Shown: positions 23,822-38,059 of the stretch, one piece after another
How positions within the stretch are numbered: the stretch's first letter is position 1
Layout: each line of letters starts with the position of its first letter
Assembly (NCBI RefSeq): GCF_009834535.1
Contig: NC_045697.1
Coordinates: forward strand, 8,868,001 to 8,932,000
DNA from: Camelus ferus
Lineage: Eukaryota
Reading direction: 5' to 3'
DNA length: 64,000 bases
Notes under the pieces: model-generated
The model's database searches: none
What the model saw: the letters and a program-made list of their open reading frames with translations, nothing else
Told to the model about the DNA's origin: nothing
Made by a program: the position numbers and the translations under genes

Positions 23822-24874
23822 TTCTGTTTTATAGATTAAGGAAACTGAGACCCAGAGAAATTAAGAGACATTCTCAAGGGCTCATAAGTGGTGGAGTGGG
23901 GATGAGTGCCAGGTTCCTGAATCCTAACTCATGGTTTTGCTTCACAGTCATGACTACAGCTTCATTTTTACTGTGGATCCCCTGTCCCATCTAATTGGGA
24001 GTGGCTTGTGGGGAGGGAAGAAACCCTGAGTGGGTCAAACTCCCGGCAGGGGCATTGGAAGAAATGGGGGTGGGGTTTCTTTTACTCACGGTAGAAAGCA
24101 GAGTATAAGGCTGGAAGATGCAGACTAGGCACCTCATCCTAGAGTGAAAGTATGGAAGATATTCACATAATCAGAATATGCCATATGTAAAAGGAAATCT
24201 TTTGATAATTAAATAGCAGACTATGCTCTAGGAAGTCACATAAGTTTCCTGAAGGTAAAAATGCTCGGGGCTATTTTCTCAAGGCTGGTTTCCCAGCACC
24301 TTGGCAGTGCTTGGCACAGAGGCACGGTGCAGATGCCTGCCTTCGTTGAACAAGTGTAGCGTTAGCTTTGGAAGGGACCTCAGGGAGCACCCCTGTATTA
24401 TAGAAGATAATGAGTCATTGAGTAATTGTCAAATCCCTTCTCGGAGAGAACGAGACCCTGAGATTCCTGACTTTCTGCACAGGGGTCTGTCCCCTTCCCA
24501 TCTGGGGTTACTCTGAGATCAGGGCTCTGCTTTGCACACCCAAGAGAAAGTAGACACTTTAATATTGGAATCTCTATCATCTTTGACCAAAAGGAAGACT
24601 TCTTCATTTCTTGAACTTAAATATCAACGTGGTGAGATTAGAACCAAATTCTCAAAATTGAGTGGGTAGAACAACAAGCCATTTGGAGAAAAGCGATGCA
24701 TGAAACCTAAAAGGATGAGACCGATGTTTTGGGATTATCACGGGAAACCCCAGCCGACAGCTCAAAGATAGGAGAGAACTGGAAGGGAGCATATTCATTG
24801 CCATTTTATAGCTTTTTGAAACCACTGGCCTTGAGGGGTTGCACTGCAGAATTGAATGTTGATTCTGCTACCCA

Positions 24875-25530
24875 CTTGGTCAATATTTACTGAGCAAGAA
24901 CTCTGCAGCAGGTGCTAGGCTCGGCTCTGAAGATTACTGGAAAATAAGACCCTAGTCCTTCTTTTATAGAGCAAGGCATCTAGTGCAAGACAGGAAGTAA
25001 ACACAGTAATTCCAGATAGCTGGGAATGTTCCTGGGGTGTGGAAGTGCAGCAATTCTGCGGTGTTGGGAGGACTCTGAAGCAGTGAAATCGATGTGAGAT
25101 CTGAGTGATAAGAAGGAGTTACCTCTGTGAAGATCTGAAGGCAAGCGTTCCAGGGAGGAGGAGGAGCAAATGCAAAAGTGCCAAGACCCCTAGCAAGACC
25201 CTGAGGAGCAGAGAAGAGGCCAGTGTGGATGGAGAACAGTCTGGGGAGATGGCAGGAAGTGAGATGAGAGGCAGGCAGGGCTAGATTCTGCGGGACTTTG
25301 GGTTTTATCTGAAGTGTGTCAAGAAGTCATTGGAGGCTTTTAAGCAGGAGTGTCATGACCTGATTTATATTAAAAAGAAATAAAGTTGATCTTCAGGAAG
25401 GCAAGTGTGGAGGGAGGGAGACCAGTTGAGTCCATTGTCAGAGTCCTGGTGAGAGCTGGTGGGGACTTGAGCTTAGCTGGAAGGACAAGCTGGAAGTAGC
25501 CAGGTGGACAATGAGACAGGGACTTCTGGC
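24875..25530 (-). mobile_element. L2 LINE 3' fragment
   Basis: 'caatatttactgagc...ggtgctagg' L2 tail and 'gaagtcattggaggcttttaagcaggagtgtcatgacctgattta'. Confidence 0.8.
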
Positions 25531-26154
25531 TGAAGGACAGCAATGACGAGGCAGAGAGGTGTAGAGGAGAGGGTGTGGTGTATTGAGGCTCGTGCGTGGT
25601 TTGCAACGGCTGCAGTACTGGGTGTGCGCTGGGTAGCAGGAAGTGATGTAAAATAGGAAGGGGGATCTCTGCTTCACAGTTCAGGGGATGGCGTGAGAAC
25701 ACAGGCCCCTGTCCCTCTCTGTGCCTCTCAGTAAAATGGAGAGTGGTGTCACAACACAAGCACTAAGACCCCTTCCTTTCTGTGATGCCTCCACAACCCA
25801 GGACGTGCAACCTGACTGAGATACCTTGAATCTGTGGCATTGGCCATGCTGCGGGCTTCAGCATGTGAATTTTCATGGTCCTGGATGATGGGAACATGCT
25901 TTTAGAAGTCAGAATAATAAATGAATGATGGAAATAGACATTGGACATCACCACGTGCTGAAAACCCCTTTCCTGCACAACACACAACAGGTTGTTAGAG
26001 GGGACACCTAGCACAGGCTGTTCACCTCTTGTTTCTTGTCCTTGTCGGAGCCGAATCCCTTCACTGTCCTGAACACAGAAATCCCTTCTATAGAAAACAC
26101 AGAGGTCAAGACATAATGATTACCAATTTATGTTTTTGTTTTAAGAGGCTGCTT

Positions 26155-26560
26155 GATAATAATAATGCTTACTACATGCCAAATGCGGTTCCAGCCAGCT
26201 CATCTGTACCAACTCCTGTAATCCGCACAAGTCTACGACATTGATGATGTTATCACCCCCACTTCAGAGATGGGAAAAGGGAGGACCAAAAAGGGAAGTA
26301 GTTGCTTGAGGCCACGTACCCTTTCTACAGCGGCCATCAGTTGGGAAGTAGCAGAAAGCACTCTGGGTTCAGCCTTCAGGGACTGGGCTCTGCCATTTGG
26401 CAGGGTACGGCCTTTCAAACCACCTAACACTTATTCTTGCTTTTCTTCATCTGTGAAATGGGGATCATAATAGCTAAGCCAGGGAGCTGATGTGAGCATT
26501 GAGATAAATTGTGTAAGTTACCTGGTGCGATAAATGTCAGTCCTCTCCACACATACAGGT
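26155..26560. mobile_element. Two adjacent MIRs in opposite orientation
   Basis: Reverse core at ~26250-26350 and forward core 'ttttcttcatctgtgaaatggggatcataatag' at ~26440. Confidence 0.65.
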
Positions 26561-27029
26561 GCTTTGTAAACCACAGTTATAAAAAAAAATTAATACAACC
26601 CCTCTCAGTATTTCTAAACTTGGTTTTGTACACAAATAGCACTCAAAGTGGAGATATTTGTAGCACGAAAGAATTCTTAGGGTTCTTGGGTTTCTGTACA
26701 AGCGTGGAGGGAGGTGTTGAGGTAACATTTCCTCTGGAGATTAGAAAACAGTGAGTCAGAAAATTGAACAAGTTAGTATTAATTTCAGCACCATTTCCTT
26801 CTGCTTTATGAAGTCAATACTGAAGAAGTAAACCAAATACCTACTAGGTGCACAGCCTGCTCTAGGCACTTTGGGCAGAAGGAGTGGGGTGTAGAGATGT
26901 ACCAAATGACTGAGGGCTTCAAGGAACTTGCTGTTTATTGTCCGGTGCAGTGGCTGGAGGGGCTGGCCTTCTGCTGGGGGAAGAGGAGGTCTCAGGGTAG
27001 AATCTGGTGTGTATGTCTGTGTGTGTTAG

Positions 27030-27090
27030 GGAGAGAGAGAGAGAAAGGGGGGCGGAGAGGGAGAGGGAGAGAGAGGGAGGAAGAGAGGGG

Positions 27091-27116
<26 letters not shown>
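27030..27116. repeat. (GA)n / GA-rich microsatellite
   Basis: Directly visible in the sequence. Confidence 0.95.
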
Positions 27117-27122
<6 letters not shown>

Positions 27123-27299
27123 TTCATATTAGTTGGATTAAAAATGTTGGGAAACCCTGGCCTAGACAGAGAGATACATGACAGAAAGAATGAATTAGTG
27201 AGTTAGTGAGAAATTATAACTAGTGTTGTAACCAAACACTAGCCAGGGGGCTCCTGGATCTACATTAAGCTGCCCAAAGGCAATGATTTGCCTCCTTTT

Positions 27300-27420
27300 T
27301 ACTTGCATTCTTTGTTTTCAGAGGGGGAGGTGATTAGGCTTGGAGGAGGTACCGGGGATTGAACCCGAGACCTTTTGGGTACTGAGCATGCGCTCTGCCA
27401 CTTGAGCGACACCCTTCCCC
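27300..27420 (-). mobile_element. Camelid Vic-1-like SINE
   Basis: Reverse complement reads GGGGAAGGGTGTCGCTCAAGTGGCAGAGCGCATGCTCAG...GGGTTCAATCCCCGGTACCTCC...CCTAATCACCTCCCCC. Near-TSD tgcctccttt/tgtctccttt. Confidence 0.88.
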
Positions 27421-27562
27421 CTGTCTCCTTTCTATAATAAATATTTCACAACACATTCTTCATGTCATAGAAAAGATAACACAACCCATCTACAATATGA
27501 TTTCAAAAGCAAATCAATACAGCAAAAGGAGAAGTTAAAGGAAAGTAATTGGAGATGAAGTG

Positions 27563-27785
27563 CCGTTGACCCTCGAACAACACGGGAGCTGCGGTGCTGA
27601 CCCTCCACACAGTGGAAAATCCTTGTGTGGCTTTACAGTCAGCCTTCCATATCCACAGTTCCACATCTGTCGATTCATCTGACCTCAGATGGTGTAGTGC
27701 TGTAGTATGCATGTAATATGCATGTAATAAAAAAAAATGTGTGTAAGTGGACCCTTGTGTTCACACCTGTTGAGAGGGCCCACTG
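27563..27785. mobile_element. Tigger2-derived MITE (Tigger2a/MER8-like)
   Basis: Terminal inverted repeats 'c(a)gttgaccctcgaacaacacggg' and 'gtaagtggaccc...gagggcccactg'. Confidence 0.8.
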
Positions 27786-28254
27786 CAGAGTGTACAGTAT
27801 TTCAGGATGTGATGCTCAGACTACACGAGAGAGATGGTGAACTCGTCAGATGCTTGCACCAAGGTGGCCTCAGGGACACATCAGGTGCCCCGTGATGGCT
27901 GTTGGTTGGGACACTTTGGTTTCCCTCCGTGGGCTTTTCTCTGCATCTCGTATCTCACTGTTCAGTGGTTTAGCCTGAATTTCTTCACAAGGCAGCTGGC
28001 TCTGACAGGGAAACAGTCCAAGGCTTCCAAACTCTAGGCTTTGAAGTCACACAGCATCACTTTGGCTGCATTCTGTCCATCAGAACAAGTCCCTAGAATA
28101 CTCAAGGGAGGAAGTGGGTGGGAAACAGTCTCCACTTCTGTACAGAAGAAGTGATAAATTCATATCACAGCTGGGCATGTAGGGGGAAGATCATTGTCCT
28201 CATTCGTGGAAACACTTAACCTAGAAGAGGAGCCCTGAAAAATAAAAATAAAAA

Positions 28255-28450
28255 CAGTAAATCACTGTATTGAATTCTTTCTGTATGCCTGACAGTGTGC
28301 TAAGACTTTGCATGTATCATATTAAGTAAAACTTTCAGCAACCCTACGAGGTAGGTGCACTAATTATCTCTACTTTACAAATAAAAGAACTGACACTCAG
28401 AGGTGAAGTCACTAACCATAGTCACATAGTCCATAGAAACTGAGATGGCC
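28255..28450 (-). mobile_element. MIR SINE
   Basis: 'tgtatgcctgacagtgtgctaag...caaccctacgaggtaggt...tttacaaataaaagaactga'. Confidence 0.75.
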
Positions 28451-29284
28451 TTATCCATGGCTTAAGTAGCAGCTACCTAGAGGACACACAAACACACCTT
28501 CTAAGTGGAATAAAGGGATTGGCTTGAGTATTTGGATGGATCCAGGGACTGGACACAATGTTGTTCAATCTCTTTATAGCAGAGAATCACAGCCATCTGC
28601 TTGATGCTCTTCAGTTGAGGGAGACAGAAGACAAACCCCAATGATGGCCTGTGAGCTTGCTCCCACATCATAGGCCAGTCAAAAAGGCATTGGTTATGTT
28701 GCAAGTCTGTGTATCGCAATGGCTGTAAGACGTTCAGATCTTCACCCTTCCAGAAAACACTTGGCTCTGGAATGCCAGTTGTTTGAAGGATGCCCTTATG
28801 AGTCATGTGCAAGGATGATTACTGAGTGACCTGGAGGACAGGAAAGAGGACAGCATGAGAATGATTATGAGACCCATGCTTACTGGGTCGACCACAGTGG
28901 GAGAGACCCTGCGAGGAACAATTCGTGGCTGGACACGTTCTTAATGTAAGGTAGAAACAAGCAAGAACATCCCTGATTTTTTTGAATCTTCGTCCATCAC
29001 CAAGCAAGGTTAATCTTTATGAGGATGTGAGACTCAAGTCAGTGTTTGTTATCTGACTTGATTTAAATGCTGCAACAATCTCTTTATGAACCACCTGGTC
29101 TGGGGTGGTCCTCAGCTCAGCATTTTTCAAAAGGTTCTGTTGAAGGGCACAGGAAATCCCCTTAGCATCGCAGTATGGAACCTGATTCCGATTTTTACTC
29201 CCACCTTAATTGTAGCTTTGGTGTGTGAAAGGTTTCTAGAAAAGCTTCTCTGTCCTCATATCCAAGAGTTCCCTCATCTTCTCA

Positions 29285-31745
29285 TCCACTCGTTTATTCA
29301 TTCACTCTGCAAATATTTTTGGAAGCCTCTAGGGGCATTGTTTTAGGCCCTGGGGATGTAGACTGAAAAATAAAGACATGAAAATAATTCATATTCTAGT
29401 TGGGGTGAGGGGAGCCAGACTTTATTTAGTGTGTCTGGTGGGGGAAGATGCTAAGAAGGAAAATAAAGCCCAGGAAGAGGATGCAGAGCAGCAAGGTTAT
29501 TTTGGACAAGATGCTTAGAGGAAGCCTCTCTGCTCCATTCTAGTGTGCAGTGCAGGGGAGACTAAAGGGATATCAGGAGAAAGAGATTTCCTGGCATGGA
29601 AGTAGACAGGACGAAGTCTTGGAGGCACCCGGGGGCTTGGATGGATTAGGAGCAGCAAGGAGGCTACTGTGGCGGGGGTGTGGCCGGAGCAGAGTAAGAG
29701 AAGGAGACACTGGTAGGAGATGAGGTCAGAGAGGGCAGGAGCAGCCAGGATGGGACACTAAGGGCTTTTTAGGACTGAATCAGAGCTCTTAATTTTATTC
29801 TGAGTGATATGAGAATCTATTAGAGAGTTTTGACAATAGGAGAGGAATAATTTGACTTACGATTTTAAAAAGTCATTTTGGATGTTATGTGGGATACAGA
29901 GTGTGAGGGGGTAAGGGTGGGAAAACTAGTTCCAAGACTATTTCAGCAATCATCCAAAAAAAGGATGATGGTAGTGATTGCTGTGGTAAGTGGTCCAATT
30001 TTAGATTTTTTTTTTTTTTTTTTTTTTTAGAATTAAGGTCAGTTGAAATATTGTTGTTGAAAATAAGGTGTGGGATGAGAGTGAAAGATGATTCTAACTT
30101 TTCAACCTGAGAAACTGGGAGGATGGCATTGACATTTACTCAGATGGAAAAGACTCTGGGAAGAGCAGATTGGGAGAAAAATGTAAGGAGCTGGATTTTA
30201 GGAATGTGAAGTTTGAGACGACTAAGAGATATCAAGGATATTTTGAGTATGAAGTTGAACATAGGAGTCTAGAGTTCACCAAATGTGTCCAGGTTAGTGA
30301 TGCATATTTGGGTATCATCAGCATATAAGTAATATTTAAAACCATGGAGTTGGATGTATTGACATATCCGAAGGAGTAAGTGTAGATATATATGTATGGA
30401 GATCCAAGGACCGAGTCTTTGAGACTCTAACATTTAGAAGTTGGAAAAAAGAGAAGGTTCCAGTAAATGAGCCTGAGATGGAATAGCCAGTGTGCTAGAA
30501 GAACTGAGTGATGTCCTGAAGGTAAGTGGAGGAAGTATTTCAAGAAGGAGGGAAAGTTTAATCATGTCAAGTGAGGCTCATGGGTTGAGCTCAGTAAGAA
30601 TGGAGAATTGATTAAGAATGGCGATTTTAAAGCCACTGGTGACTTTGATAGACTTAGTTTTGGTGAGGGCATGAGGTTGAAAGCCTGACTAGAATATATA
30701 AAAGAGAGGATGGAAAGGGAGAAAGTGGAGACAGAATATGAATTATTTTTAAGAATAATTTTTCTACAAAGGAAATGAACTGTAGCTGGAAAAGGTTTAT
30801 GGGGAATATTACTCTCTATTTGTTTGCTGTTGGTGATGATCCAGATGAGAGGAAATGACTGATGATGGAGGAGATGAGGAAGCTTTGCTGGAGCAGCTTC
30901 CTTGAGTTTGGTGAAATTGTATAGGATCACAGAGGGGTTGGCCATAGATGGGCGCATGCCACTTCATCATTATGTGGGAGGGGATGCAGTATGTATGGTC
31001 CAGGTGCACTTAGTGTAGTAGATTTGGTGTGGAATGTGTGGAAGTTATCTTCTGATTGCTTTACCATCTCAGTTAAATAAGATGCAAATTCATTAGCTAA
31101 AAGCAAGAGAGTGGAAATAGATGATGGAATTTTAAAGACACATAAGATGGTGAGAAACAGCCAGCCAGGAAAGTGGGAGAGATGGTTGATTAGGAAAATA
31201 TAGTGTATTTCATGACTAGCAGTGGGGACTCTCTGGGGGTTAGTGCTCATGAATTCAAAGTGGAACCATCTATGTGCTTGTGTGTTTTCCTCCAGCCATG
31301 TTTTCAAGCACAGAATGGATGGAGAAGTGATTCAGTTTAAACATAGTTTAGCTTTTTTATTTTTTATTTTCCAAGAGTGAAGGAATGAAAAGTTGAGAGC
31401 ATATGTAGGGGACTGATTACAGTGATGGACTATGGATTTTAAGTTTGAATAAAAGCAAAGGGGACAGAGGAAATATGGAAAGAATTTTAATCTAGGTGGG
31501 GTTGAGGGATGGTTGGAATATGAGCATAGTAGGAGAAAGCTGGATATGGAGTTGGTAGTTAGTGTGGGATTTTTAAAGATGATATTTTAGAGGGATAGCA
31601 GTAGAATGTGGTAGTCTGGGATATGATAATGGAGTGAGTAACTTGGATGTGATGGAGGACACAATTGTAGGAGAAGTCAAATAATTGAGAAACTAGGGTA
31701 TTGGATGGATCATCCATATTGATACTGAAACTACCAACATAAAAT
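29285..31745 (-). mobile_element. Long (~2.4 kb) L2 LINE fragment
   Basis: L2 tail 'ttattcattcac...aaatatttt', 'ggagatgaggtcagagag', 'tttgggtatcatcagcatata', 'ggcatgaggttgaaagcctgact'. Minus-strand ORFs resemble decayed L2 ORF (ANEFASYLTE). Confidence 0.85.
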
Positions 31746-34700
31746 TCTCTGTATTGCCATTCACCAGGAGCTTCCTTGTCCCTGCAACACTAAATTCTCA
31801 GGGAATATTTGTTGAGTGACGAGTTGTTTCACAATGACAGTCAAGTTACAGTCTGAGACTAGTTTCTCATGTGCACAGGTGAGACAGAAATAAATGGATC
31901 CTATTCCACAGTGAGCCAAAATGAGAATACTAACATCTAAAAATAGAGTATAGTGAATTAGCTCTTTAGGGGAATTACTTGGTAAATTCTCTCTCCCTGG
32001 ACTCTGCAAGCACTGAGCCTCCCAGATCCCCAACAAAATGAATTCACATCACATCAACAAGCATTTTTCTCTTTAAAAATATTTCTATTTTTATATAATC
32101 AGGTATTTGGAAAGAAGACAAATATAAGAAAAGGGCATTATGTACAGAGAAGGCGTTGAAAGGGAAAGGAGTCAATAGAATTTGGATTTTTCCTCATCGT
32201 TATAATGGTCCCTAGACTTTAGCTTTTTTTTTTTTTTTGGTTCCAATTAAAAACGATAGCTGACCCTTTCTTAAGAAATAGTGAGTACTGTGAGGATAGA
32301 GTGCTATATTTATACTTATAAATGGATTGAGTTCCCAACCTTTGGGAGTTGGTTTGTTTGGAAGGTGGATTGTATTTTCTCATTGAAAAAATGTTACATA
32401 TGGAAGTGAGGTTCCCAAGCAAGTCTATTTAATCATAAAGTCCTCAGAGGAAAGAGTATTATTTTCTTTTGTCTAAAAATAGGGCTACAATATTTTATAG
32501 TATTATGTTAATATAATTGGAGGAGGGACAATCTCCCCCTTCTTTGGAGAATTCTTACCTCATATAATAGGCTACTTCAATATTTCTTCCATTTTAAGGA
32601 AGAGGTAGGGTCCAGGCTGAAGTGTTGGAAGTGAGTCTTTTGCATGGCTTAATATCTTAGATTCCTCTAGAATAGGATCTCTGGGGGAATGTTGGGGAAG
32701 AATAGGGGTGAGTCATTCCAGAAGCCCATTTTGAATACAAGCATCATTCTACAGTTCAGCTTTACCAGTAATAAAGCAGACACTGTATTTTAATCTTTGT
32801 CCATCTCCTGGGTCTTCTTTCTTACTGGACCAGAATCCTTAGGTGAGAAGAAAGTGATATATTGGCATTCTCAAATGTCAACAATATTATATAGCACCCC
32901 ACCAAGATGCACTTGGGTGAAGCACTTCATGGACGGAAGTGAAGGCAGATTTTTCCAGCAGACTATCTGATGCCTCCACTTCCCCTCAGTATTTGAGAGT
33001 GTCTCCCTGCTGTTGACATTGTGCCCCACTCTGCTTCTCTTCCACATCCTTCTCCTGCCTTGATGGTCATGTCTTTGAAGGGGATATATGGCGTAATTTA
33101 ATGAACTCTGGACAACAACTTCCCCTCCTGTCACCATTCAGTGTGTCTACTATGTAACCATCCATCTTTTGGTGGGAGCAATGTGGTTTATGGGAAAGAT
33201 AGTAACTTAGGGGTAGACAGTCTGATTAAGCTTGGGTTGAATATCTACTTGTTTTGGAAACTTGGGAAACTTAGCTACCCAAGACTCAGTTTCCTCATAT
33301 GAAAAATAAAATATGCCAACTTGAGGAACTCTTGTATGGATGAACTGTGCTCATTATGAATATTAATAACTGTATGGCACTATTAGGTATATTAGCATGG
33401 ATACTGTCTTTCTCTTACTAACTTTAAGGGGTAGGAATGATCTACACCTTATATAATGAGATAGCTGGGGCTCCGAGAGGTTAAGTAAACTGCAGAGCTA
33501 GGATTCACACTCAGGCTAGTCTTACGCCCATTACATTGCTCTCTCTGTCTCCTCACAGAGGGCCCTTCATGTCATCTGCAATGATAACATGTTAACTGGG
33601 GTTGCTGCTGGTGCCACCCCAGGACCCTCCCACAATGCACCTGTCAGACAGAGAGAAGGTGCCTATTACAGGTGTAGCTAGCCTATTCCAGTCTAGCCTC
33701 TTCTAGGCTCTTCCCAAGAACAATTTTCACTTTTGGTGGTAAAGGTTTTTACCAGAAGCTATGCCATTTATTTCCTTCATGAGATACCAGTGAGCACCAT
33801 TTAAAATAGCTATTTTTCAGACCATGATAAGAAAAAGCCATAATGGGTAGAATTCCAAATCCAAGAGTCTCAACCTGATTAGAAATGAGTATCAAAACCA
33901 AAACACAGGGTAATAGTAAGCAAATGGAGAGAGAGGTGTGAGATGCATCATTTTGGCTTTTTTGATAATTAGAAATGAGATAGTTTCTTGGTTCTCAGTT
34001 CCTAACTTAGTTAAAGATAAAAGTATGGCTGATCATGGTTTCTCGTGTAGAGCAAAAACACGATGACTCTTCTGAGGTCCACTGATTTGAACAAGAGTAA
34101 CTTTGTCATCACACACTCAGCACACAACTTTCAATCACCAAAAAAACAAATAGGAGGAATTACTTGGGCTTTAGGAGGTTTTGGGTTACAGGTAACTTCT
34201 TGATGAGAAAGTCAGTATTGGGAATATTTCTTCTGTGTGTAAAGTTCAAAAAGTTGACCCAATCTTTCTCTCAAAGGATTAAGCTGTCTTCCAAGAATTT
34301 ATTTTACTTATAGAAGAGAGATACGGGGAGACAAACTAATAAAAGGAGAGAATGAAAACTGCTGAAAGAGATTGTGAGTTGGAAAGACACAGGAAAGGAG
34401 AGGAGAGATTGACAGCAGTAGAGAGAATAAGGGTTACCTGCGATGAGGAAAAAGAAAACATTATGGTCTGGGGTGGCTTCTAGCCAACTCGACAAGCTTT
34501 ATTTGCTTTTTTCATCAGAAACTCTGGGGAAAGATATAATCATTTTTCTATTGGAATCTGATTCCTTTTTAGCTGCATAGGTGGGAAATAACTTTGGATT
34601 GCTGTGCTGGTCTTAACTGTTCAGGTACACTTGTGTCTCGTTCTTCTATTGCAGCCATCTGTTGGTAATAAATCTCTGTGTGATTGCCATCTGTGGGCTG

Positions 34701-35317
34701 ACAGGGAGAACGGTGCACTTTATTCAGGGAACTGTGCATATATTTTTCGTTCTAAGAAGGATCCTGGCACTAGGGACATGAATTCACTCTAGGAACCATG
34801 CGTCTCCTGGAAATTGATATCTTCAGACAGGACTGCAGTGGAGTTAGAAGCTTTTAGCACCAAGATTCAAGCTAGTGTGAACTTGGACAAGAACTTAATT
34901 AACTCTGTGTCTCAGTTTATGCATCCTATAAAAGAGGACGATGCCCCCATAAGGTTTTAGTAAAGGGCAAATGTAATTCTATTTTTGAAAGGCTTAGCAT
35001 AGTATCTGGTACTACATATTAAGTTGAATCAGTCAGGGTTCATTCAGAAAAGCAGAAATTTTAATTGATTATTTTAACAGAAGTAATTTAATGTAGAGAT
35101 TTGATTAAATAGGGATTGGAAGATTAAACAGGAGTTACAAATCCTAAACCCACTGAGGCAGCAAGAGATAGTAACTGGAGAAATGAAGGGAAGAGATGGA
35201 ATTATCAGAACTTGAAAGAAGGAATTGGAATCAAGCCATCTGGGAAGGGGATACTGGTCAACCTGCACCAGTGTTTCTGATGGAGCACAAGAAAGCTAAT
35301 CCTGAGAGTGTGGAGGA

Positions 35318-35412
35318 CCATCCAATCATCCATCCATCCATTGATTCATCCATCTATCCATCCATCCATCCATCGATTCATCTATTTATCCATCCATCCA
35401 TCTAACCATCCA
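35318..35412. repeat. (CCAT)n tetranucleotide repeat
   Basis: Directly visible, imperfect. Confidence 0.92.
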
Positions 35413-35729
35413 TTTTATTTATCCTTCCATTACTCCTTTTTCTTCCATCTGTCTAGCCCACAGATCTCTAGAGAGTGATATGCTTACCTACAGTATGTCA
35501 GACTCTACTAAAACTAGTATAGATGTTTACTATGTAGTTCCTGTCCTCAAGGAGCTCAGAGTCTAACAGGGGAGACAGGTACATAAAAACCAAATTATAA
35601 CAAAATAGTAAATGCTTTTATAGAAATATAAACAAAGTACCAATTTTTTGGTCTGATGGATATTATTAAATATAAATCTAAAGCAACAGGAACACAATTC
35701 CTGGGATGTTTACTGTAGCAGCTTAACCA

Positions 35730-35970
35730 GGTAGTGAATAGTCTGACCTCAGGTCCTGGATTGTGCCATTACTGACCGTCATCTTAGCAAGTTCCTTGAA
35801 CATTTTTGTGCTTCTATTTTTCTCATATTTAAAAATGTGAATAGTGGTACTTGGCTCATAAGATTGCTGGTAGGATTAAGCGAGTCAACATATATAAAGC
35901 ACCTAGAATCAACTTAGGGTTAGGGTTACGGTAATGAAAAGCATTAAAAATGTTGGCTAATATTAATATT
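35730..35970 (+). mobile_element. MIR SINE
   Basis: 'gcaagttccttgaacatttttgtgcttctattttctcatatttaaaaatg...aggattaag...aaagcacctagaa'. Confidence 0.7.
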
Positions 35971-37164
35971 TGTGTATACCTTAGAGCTTAAATTCATCAT
36001 GGCATTTAATCTTTAAAACCTCTCCCTGTCCTGGGACAATAGGGTAGTTATTGCTTTCCAAATGGGACAGCAAGGTCTAGGGAAGTTAATTTTTGTGGGG
36101 GAAAGTCACAGAAATGCAGAGCAGTTCAGCTAGAAATCTCTCTTAGTGCTTCTTCTATAATGTTCTTTCTCTTATGCCATGAAGCATTATATATATTGAC
36201 TTGGAAAAGCAGCTGCTGTTCCCAAGTGGCATAGCTACTGACTGGCTGCAGCTGGGCTGACTGTAAACATAGCCAAATGACACAGGCTGCCGCATAACCA
36301 AGTCACTGCTGCTTTGCCCTCATCTGCCACTCAATACAAAGTCCCTGGTGATCAAGGGACAGAAGGCGTGGGTCAAGGAGCTGCCAAACACCAAATATAC
36401 ATCTTAATTGGCTGCAGGCAGTCACCTCCATCCAAGTCCTTGATGGGAAAACGGCTCCCTCAGGGGCCCATAGCATTAGGGATTCAATGTCCTTGAAAAA
36501 TCAAAACTAGCTTTGGAGTTTGAAATCACTCAAGAATGAAATATTTTTGATTGATATTCCATTCACAGCGTGGTTAGGTTTCCTTGATTGTTCCATTTGA
36601 CTTTGGGGTCTGGTCCTACAAAAATGCATCAGAACTCTGAATGCTGAGCTATGCTAAGCTGAGAGAGAAGGAGGAAATAGTGTAAGAGTCACTGCTTCCC
36701 AGGAAGGGACGCACAGATCACACCTGCAGCTGCCACAGAATTAGGGGAGTTGTGATCACAAAAAGGGATGTGGAAGACACAGGTCCCATTCATTTAAATT
36801 AGTTTTTTGAATGCCATGTGCTGAGCCCTGGGGCAGTGAAATGAACTAGCCTTACTTTCTAGGAGTTCCTAGGCTAGTTGGGGAGAAGTGCTAACACATA
36901 CTTATATTATATGTGTATGAGATGATACAACTTTGTACAGGTGGCACCGTTGAGGAAACAATCTGCTCTGTGTCTGGGAATCTGAGGTTTCTAAGGTAAA
37001 TGCCAACTAAGCAGGGTTTTAAAGCATGTATAAGAATTTTCTAGACATAATTTGAAGAGGGGCATTCTAAGCACGGGCCATAGCATATCTAAAATCCTGG
37101 AATCATGTACATGTCCCACTTCACCCAAATTGTGTCTTGAACAGTTGTACCAAGTACCAAGCTA

Positions 37165-37900
37165 GAGGTTGTCCAATAGTATCTCATTGTGGTTTAATTT
37201 TCACTTACTTAATTACTAATGAAGTTCAGTGTCTTTTCATATGTTTACTGAAAATTTATGTTTTCTGTGCAATACTTGTTCATGACTTATGCCCATTTTT
37301 CTATTTAGGTTGTTTGTATTTTTCTTATTGTAGGAATTTTCATATATTCTGAATACTAATCCTTTACTGGTTTTGTTTTTTAAATATATTCTATGCATTT
37401 ATTCTCATTTACATATATTATGTATTTCTTTATTTTATATATATGCAAAGTATATATTATTACATATATAATATATTTCTAATTATATATTATACATTAA
37501 ATAAGTCCCATTTTAAATAAATACATATATAAAAATATACAAGCTCCTATATATTCTCATATATAATATTTATCTACATACCCCTTCTATATAAATAGAT
37601 ATATCTCTTATGGTTCATCTTTTCATTTTGTATTATTTATTTCTGTATCTTGTTTAAGAAATGTTCTCTGCCCTCAGTCATAAGGATATGCTATTTTACA
37701 TATATTTTAAAAGTTTTATCTTTCATATTTAAACGTGTAAATTATTTAGAATCAATTTCTGTGTGTGGTGTTATGTAGGCATCCATTATATTTTATTTTT
37801 CAAAACAAGTAACTGATTCTCCCAGCACCATTATTAAATGGTTCATATTGTTTCAAATGTTCTGAAATACTTTGACATATATCACATTTCTAGAAGTACA
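37165..37900 (-). mobile_element. Old L1M ORF2 fragment with an internal AT-rich low-complexity tract
   Basis: 'tatctcattgtggtttaattttcactt...aattactaatgaagtt...cttttcatatgtttact' and 'tcccagcaccatt'. Confidence 0.8.
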
Positions 37901-38059
37901 TTATTTTTCAATTAAGAAAATATCAATTTAAAATATCTTTATGAAACATCATGAAATACACATTAGCATCCTGACTTGACGTACAGCTTGACCGGAGTTA
38001 CATGGAAGATGATACAGATACTTTGACAACAGTGTCCATGTTCCTATCACTTGGAGGGG

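Noticed and set aside
35914..35931. TTAGGG TTAGGG TTACGG telomere-like motif
   Set aside because: Only 2-3 units inside a MIR, too short to call an interstitial telomeric sequence.
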